Of a stretch of DNA of 20,000 nucleotides, positions 16,520-20,000 are shown piece after piece (position 1 is the stretch's first letter; each line of letters starts with the position of its first letter). Origin of the DNA: an uncultured virus (IMG/VR IMGVR_UViG_3300018412_000011) (Duplodnaviria; Heunggongvirae; Uroviricota; Caudoviricetes); the IMG/VR virus record IMGVR_UViG_3300018412_000011; one strand, written 5' to 3'. The position numbers and the translations under genes were made by a program. The notes beneath the pieces are model-generated. The model did not search any database and was not told where the DNA came from. It worked only from the letters and a program-made list of their open reading frames with translations.

Positions 16520-16684
16520 TTATCTTTTAATTGTTTCACCTTTCTGAGCTAACATTCTTTTTGTTGGTTCAATCATTGCTTCCGCTAGGGGGATTTTGTG
16601 TTCAGGGCTTTTAAAGCTTTTTTTAATTACCCTCTGCATTTTCCATTTTGTTATTTTATTTTTGATTTTGGCAAACATTTGCAT
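16520..16684 (-). CDS. Small basic hypothetical protein, 54 aa (MQMFAKIKNKITKWKMQRVIKKSFKSPEHKIPLAEAMIEPTKRMLAQKGETIKR)
   Basis: AGGAG SD 6 nt before ATG 16684. Fills the intergenic gap and stops 2 nt before the next ATG. Below the ORF-track length cut-off. Confidence 0.65.
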   Translation of the reverse strand: MQMFAKIKNKITKWKMQRVIKKSFKSPEHKIPLAEAMIEPTKRMLAQKGETIKR

Positions 16685-16693
16685 TCGATTCTC

Positions 16694-17524
16694 CTATATT
16701 ATGCCTTTTTCTCTCATAAATACACTTAAAGAATCATTACTCGATTGAGCAAATTCTTCTGTGTATTTTTTATTAAACTCTTGACTTAAAGGGTGACCAC
16801 CGAACCAGTGGCAAGCATATGAGTCTTTAAACGCCTTTAAATGCGTTTCTCCCCCATACAATTCCTTAACCAAGTAAGATTCGGGAACGGGATAAAAATA
16901 ACCTGAAGGGGCATTAAAATGATTTTCACGCCATTTTTTAGATGTATAAACAGATTTGAACATATTTGGACCCAAACTATTATAATTATTAAAATCTGCA
17001 TATTGGGGTAAAAGATCATAAACCTCCTTTAAAAGAACAGAATCTTTTTTACATCCAACAACACCAACAGGATAATATTTATTACAAGATTTCGCATCAT
17101 ACGCAGAATAAATAAAATCATTTTCCAAAGGAAGTGAATGGAACGATTTAGTTATAATTTGATCAATATCCAAATAAAATCCTCCATATTCACTTAAATA
17201 CCACCATCGAAAAAAATCACTTTGAAAATTTGGGGCAAAATCTCCATAAGAATTGAACACTTTTATTTCGACACTTAAGTCGTTAAGTTCTTCGATATAA
17301 TTTTTTGAATCCTTTATATCTTGAAAATCTTGCTTTTCTCCAAACCAATTTACCTCTGCCACATACTCTTCCGAAATATATAATTCTATTTTTGAGTGAG
17401 GATGAAAATGCCTCAACGATTTAAAAGTCAAATATCTTAAATACGACATTGGACCTCCTGCCCAAAACAATCCGAATTGTAGAGGAATTAAATTCACTCT
17501 AGATTCATTGTTAGTCATTGACAT
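16694..17524 (-). CDS. GT32 / Gly_transf_sug (DxD sugar-binding, OCH1-like) glycosyltransferase
   Basis: FW...SLRHFHP, QSDFFRWWYLSEYGGFYLDID, LGP, FYP, ACHWFGG. GGAGG SD before ATG 17524/17518. Confidence 0.88.
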   Translation of the reverse strand: MSMTNNESRVNLIPLQFGLFWAGGPMSYLRYLTFKSLRHFHPHSKIELYISEEYVAEVNWFGEKQDFQDIKDSKNYIEELNDLSVEIKVFNSYGDFAPNFQSDFFRWWYLSEYGGFYLDIDQIITKSFHSLPLENDFIYSAYDAKSCNKYYPVGVVGCKKDSVLLKEVYDLLPQYADFNNYNSLGPNMFKSVYTSKKWRENHFNAPSGYFYPVPESYLVKELYGGETHLKAFKDSYACHWFGGHPLSQEFNKKYTEEFAQSSNDSLSVFMREKGII

Positions 17525-18233
17525 AAATCCTCCCATCTCCCACCACTCTTTCTCCAGTTAAATTTTCATAAAGTCTAATATTATGTAATGCCATGGGAGT
17601 TTTATAATCCCAAGTTTGATCATGATAAACATGCCAAATATGATGAGATTCATAATAAGTTGTATTTTCACAATTCATAACCACATATTTATAAGCAAGA
17701 TCCCAATGAGTTTCTCCAACCAAAAAATCATCAGGAAATTTGTCTCTATTTTTCAACCACCATTCTTTTCTAAAAATAAAGCAATCAATTCCACTATGTT
17801 TAGGATTGCCCAATATGTGTTTATATTTACAAAGTAAAAAATTTGATGCTTCGGTTGAAGTAATATTAAATCTTTTTAACATGTAGCAATCAAATTTTAG
17901 CATTTTATCTTTTAAAAGTTCGCCAAAAAAATTAGAGGAAACATGAATATCAGAATTGACATATCCTATATATTCAGAATTTTCTTTAGCAACTTCATTT
18001 AAAATATCTTTCACATAAGGAACTTTTTTAGACCCTCCAATTTTATCTACACTGCTTCTTTTTAATACTTTGCGTTGTTCTAAAGGAATAGAATAAGTTG
18101 GGTCATCTTCGAAATTATAAGAAATAACTTGTTCTTCACAACCATGAAAAAGTTTGGTGGCTTCATCTAAAATAAACCGTCTCTCTTTTTGGTTGGGTTC
18201 ATAATAATTAATTCCAAGAGTTAAATTAGACAT
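17511..18233 (-). CDS. Putative GT-A-like glycosyltransferase (NSD motif family)
   Basis: PYVKDIL, YIGYVNSDI, GIDCFIF, FLVGETHWD, WHVYHD. Sits next to the GT32 gene. Confidence 0.55.
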   Translation of the reverse strand: MSNLTLGINYYEPNQKERRFILDEATKLFHGCEEQVISYNFEDDPTYSIPLEQRKVLKRSSVDKIGGSKKVPYVKDILNEVAKENSEYIGYVNSDIHVSSNFFGELLKDKMLKFDCYMLKRFNITSTEASNFLLCKYKHILGNPKHSGIDCFIFRKEWWLKNRDKFPDDFLVGETHWDLAYKYVVMNCENTTYYESHHIWHVYHDQTWDYKTPMALHNIRLYENLTGERVVGDGRIYVND

Positions 18234-18350
18234 TTATTTTTTACCATCTTTGAATAACATAGGAAGCTAACTTATTCTTACTTTAAGAAAAATATTTTTA
18301 ACTTCTTTTAAATTACATTTCAACTATAACAGTCAATTCGTTTTCTGATT

Positions 18351-18545
18351 TTATTTTCGTTTTTTTCTAAATAATTTAATGTTCATTTCTTCTATAATAT
18401 TGTCAACTGTTCTATGAAAAGTAAACCCAGTTACTTGCCTCCCATTTCGCCCAGGAGGAGTTGCACAAGCCTTCCACTCTCCAATTGTACGCAAAGCATC
18501 TTTCATTTTTTTATTTTCTTCTTCCAACTTTTTAATTTTATCCAT
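18351..18545 (-). CDS. Small hypothetical protein with an N-terminal coiled coil (64 aa from ATG 18545)
   Basis: MDKIKKLEEENKKMKDAL heptad pattern. TTGACA at 18568-18573 upstream. Confidence 0.6.
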   Translation of the reverse strand: MDKIKKLEEENKKMKDALRTIGEWKACATPPGRNGRQVTGFTFHRTVDNIIEEMNIKLFRKKRK

Positions 18546-18597
18546 AATAATTCTCACTTTTTAGGTTTGTCAAAAATTTACAATCAAATAGAAAAAT

Positions 18598-18807
18598 TTA
18601 TTGTGCCTCTTTTGAGAATTGATGTTTACCACATCAATCATTTTTATAAACCGAAGGCCACTAATCATTTTATACTTCACGGGATTCCCAATAACCTCGT
18701 CCTTTTGTATATTTAATTATCTCAAGAGGTTTATATCTAAATTTCATTCTGTCTGTTTGATATTTTTTTCATTTGAAATATTTGCAATTTTCAGATTTTT
18801 TAATCAT
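18598..18807 (-). pseudogene. Decayed small Cys-motif phage gene with four internal stops
   Basis: GAGGTG SD, then MIKKSENCKYFK*KKYQTDRMKFRYKPLEIIKYTKGRGYWESREV*ND*WPSVYKND*CGKHQFSKEAQ*. This matches the phage CxNCxYF...CRxxPP...WPxV...DWCGxH pattern with key residues mutated. Confidence 0.55.
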
Positions 18808-18818
18808 AAGCACCTCGA

Positions 18819-19475
18819 TCAATATTTACTATAAATGTAATGCCATCTTAAACATTCTATTACATCGAATGCATCATCTAAGGCGTCATGGGTTACAACA
18901 CTCTCAATATTTGCATACTCTTTACATTCATATAAACTAGGAATCTTTCTCATCCCAGGTTGCAACATCAAAATCCCTGGATCAATTGCAGCCCCTCTAA
19001 AAACGATATGTTTGTCAATATCAGTTTTAGCACTTAAAAGCTGTCTGTCATACTTGTCAAAGTTTTTCCCCGCAACTAAAGTATAGACTTTATCTTTTTC
19101 ATATCTCAACTCATCATTACTGTTCTCCAACAACCACTTCTTAAACCTGTTCCCAAATTTTTGAGGATGAACAAATAAATCTGCTTTACTAGGATCTTCT
19201 TTGATAATCTTGTTTTTATCCGCAATGAATTGAAGAATTTTTGCATTCATCGCCAACCCTTGAGATTCTCCTTTGAAAATACCATTAGGAGGTAAGAAAT
19301 ATGCCAAATATGTTGGCAACTCATCAATATCTTGTAATTTATTGGGATCAAGATCATAAGGAATCGTATCGATAACCGCACCAATTTGCAAAATATCAAC
19401 ATTATCAATACAAATACCTGTTGATTCACAATCAACTGATACATAAACTAAATCTTTCGTTTTTTCTTTTGTCAT
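18819..19475 (-). CDS. DEDDh 3'-5' exonuclease (DnaQ/oligoribonuclease-like)
   Basis: ExoI VSVDCESTG, ExoII AGKNFDKYD, ExoIII THDALDDA. Confidence 0.88.
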   Translation of the reverse strand: MTKEKTKDLVYVSVDCESTGICIDNVDILQIGAVIDTIPYDLDPNKLQDIDELPTYLAYFLPPNGIFKGESQGLAMNAKILQFIADKNKIIKEDPSKADLFVHPQKFGNRFKKWLLENSNDELRYEKDKVYTLVAGKNFDKYDRQLLSAKTDIDKHIVFRGAAIDPGILMLQPGMRKIPSLYECKEYANIESVVTHDALDDAFDVIECLRWHYIYSKY

Positions 19476-19999
19476 TTTATTTCCTCAATAACGGTTAATT
19501 CGAATGTTCTTATTTTTTTATTATTGTGAACAATTGTTCCTATTTTTTCAATTGGTATACTCACTTTCAATAATTTCCCTCTGTTATAATATTCCAAAGC
19601 TTCTTTTTTTGTCCATGCAGACAACCCAAAGGAATATTCATTATCTAAGTCGCAATCACAATGAGAATAATAGGTCCCTCCTATTTCGTATTTATATTGA
19701 AAATTAAACACAGAATAATTATTAGATCTAATCGCTTTGAAAGCAATTAGATTATTGCCTTGAATTTCATAATTAGTATTTTCTTTAATATATTTTAGCT
19801 TATCTTCTTTGGAAGCATATAACCAATTGTTTTGGGATTTTGATAAATTATTTTCTTCAATAAATTTCTCATTTAACTTTTGATATTGAGAAATGAAATC
19901 CCAATTTACTTTATCAGAATTTTCTTTAATAAATTCTTCACTTAATTTTTGATATTGAGAAATGAAATCCCAATTTACTTTATCAGAATTTTCTTTAAT
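19472..19999 (-). CDS. Tryptophan-repeat protein (23-aa LSEEFIKENSDKVNWDFISQYQK repeats) with a C-terminal globular domain; 5' end beyond the window
   Basis: The frame of the 79-aa ORF is open to the window end (176 codons): repeats, then NNWLYAS...LIAFKAIRSNNYSVFNFQYKYEIG...CDCD...SFGLSAW. Confidence 0.85.
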   Translation of the reverse strand: MKENSDKVNWDFISQYQKLSEEFIKENSDKVNWDFISQYQKLNEKFIEENNLSKSQNNWLYASKEDKLKYIKENTNYEIQGNNLIAFKAIRSNNYSVFNFQYKYEIGGTYYSHCDCDLDNEYSFGLSAWTKKEALEYYNRGKLLKVSIPIEKIGTIVHNNKKIRTFELTVIEEIK

Positions 20000-20000
20000 A
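19878..20000. repeat. 69-bp-period coding tandem repeat
   Basis: 19878..19931 is identical to 19947..20000 (54 bp). The period of 69 nt equals 23 codons. Confidence 0.92.

Noticed and set aside
2033..18233. Ordinary bacterial O-antigen or capsule locus
   Set aside because: No flippase, polymerase, exporter or nucleotide-sugar enzymes are present, and the genes are interspersed with phage-type genes. Not fully excluded without the rest of the contig.
18234..18350. Fifth copy of the GGA-N17-GAA motif, an 8-codon leader ORF, or a small RNA in the 117-nt gap
   Set aside because: GAATAA is present, but the upstream box reads AAAAA rather than AAGGA. No tRNA-like or terminator structure is visible.
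18598..18807. Stop-codon reassignment (TGA=Trp or TAG=Gln) suggested by D*CG
   Set aside because: The same frame also contains TAA and TAG. Long genes in the window are uninterrupted under code 11 and end at TGA or TAG with tight overlaps.
2694..19707. Short plus-strand ORFs in the track (e.g. 2694, 3349, 7200, 8400, 9528, 10069, 10544, 12197, 14517, 15060, 16147, 17616, 18414, 18619, 19504) and nested minus ORFs 16837 and 19247
   Set aside because: They are antisense or alternate-frame shadows of well-supported genes, with no motifs and the biased composition expected of such shadows.
19878..20000. CRISPR array
   Set aside because: The period of 69 nt lies in an open frame encoding 23-aa repeats, with no unique spacers and no cas genes.

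Overview
AT-rich, gene-dense window that looks like part of a large (jumbo-type) phage genome rather than a cellular chromosome. It has no housekeeping genes, many ATGA-type gene overlaps, two free-standing homing-endonuclease-like genes and several short phage-type hypothetical genes. All credible genes but one lie on the minus strand. The window is dominated by a glycan-modification cluster: nine glycosyltransferase-like genes (about ten GT domains), three sulfotransferase-like genes, a SAM methyltransferase and a frameshifted minimal protein-kinase-like gene. It includes a tandemly duplicated sulfotransferase+GT module. No flippase, polymerase or obvious membrane protein is present, so the target may be the virion or the viral DNA. 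Features the ORF track misses: a kinase split at an A AAA AAC site preceded by a Shine-Dalgarno-like sequence, a recurring AAGGA/AGGGA-N17-G(A/T)A promoter-like motif, a 34-bp identical tract shared by two diverged paralogs, a doubly frameshifted macrodomain gene, a stop-riddled Cys-motif pseudogene and a Trp-repeat protein running off the right end. All family assignments are motif recognition by eye; no searches were run.
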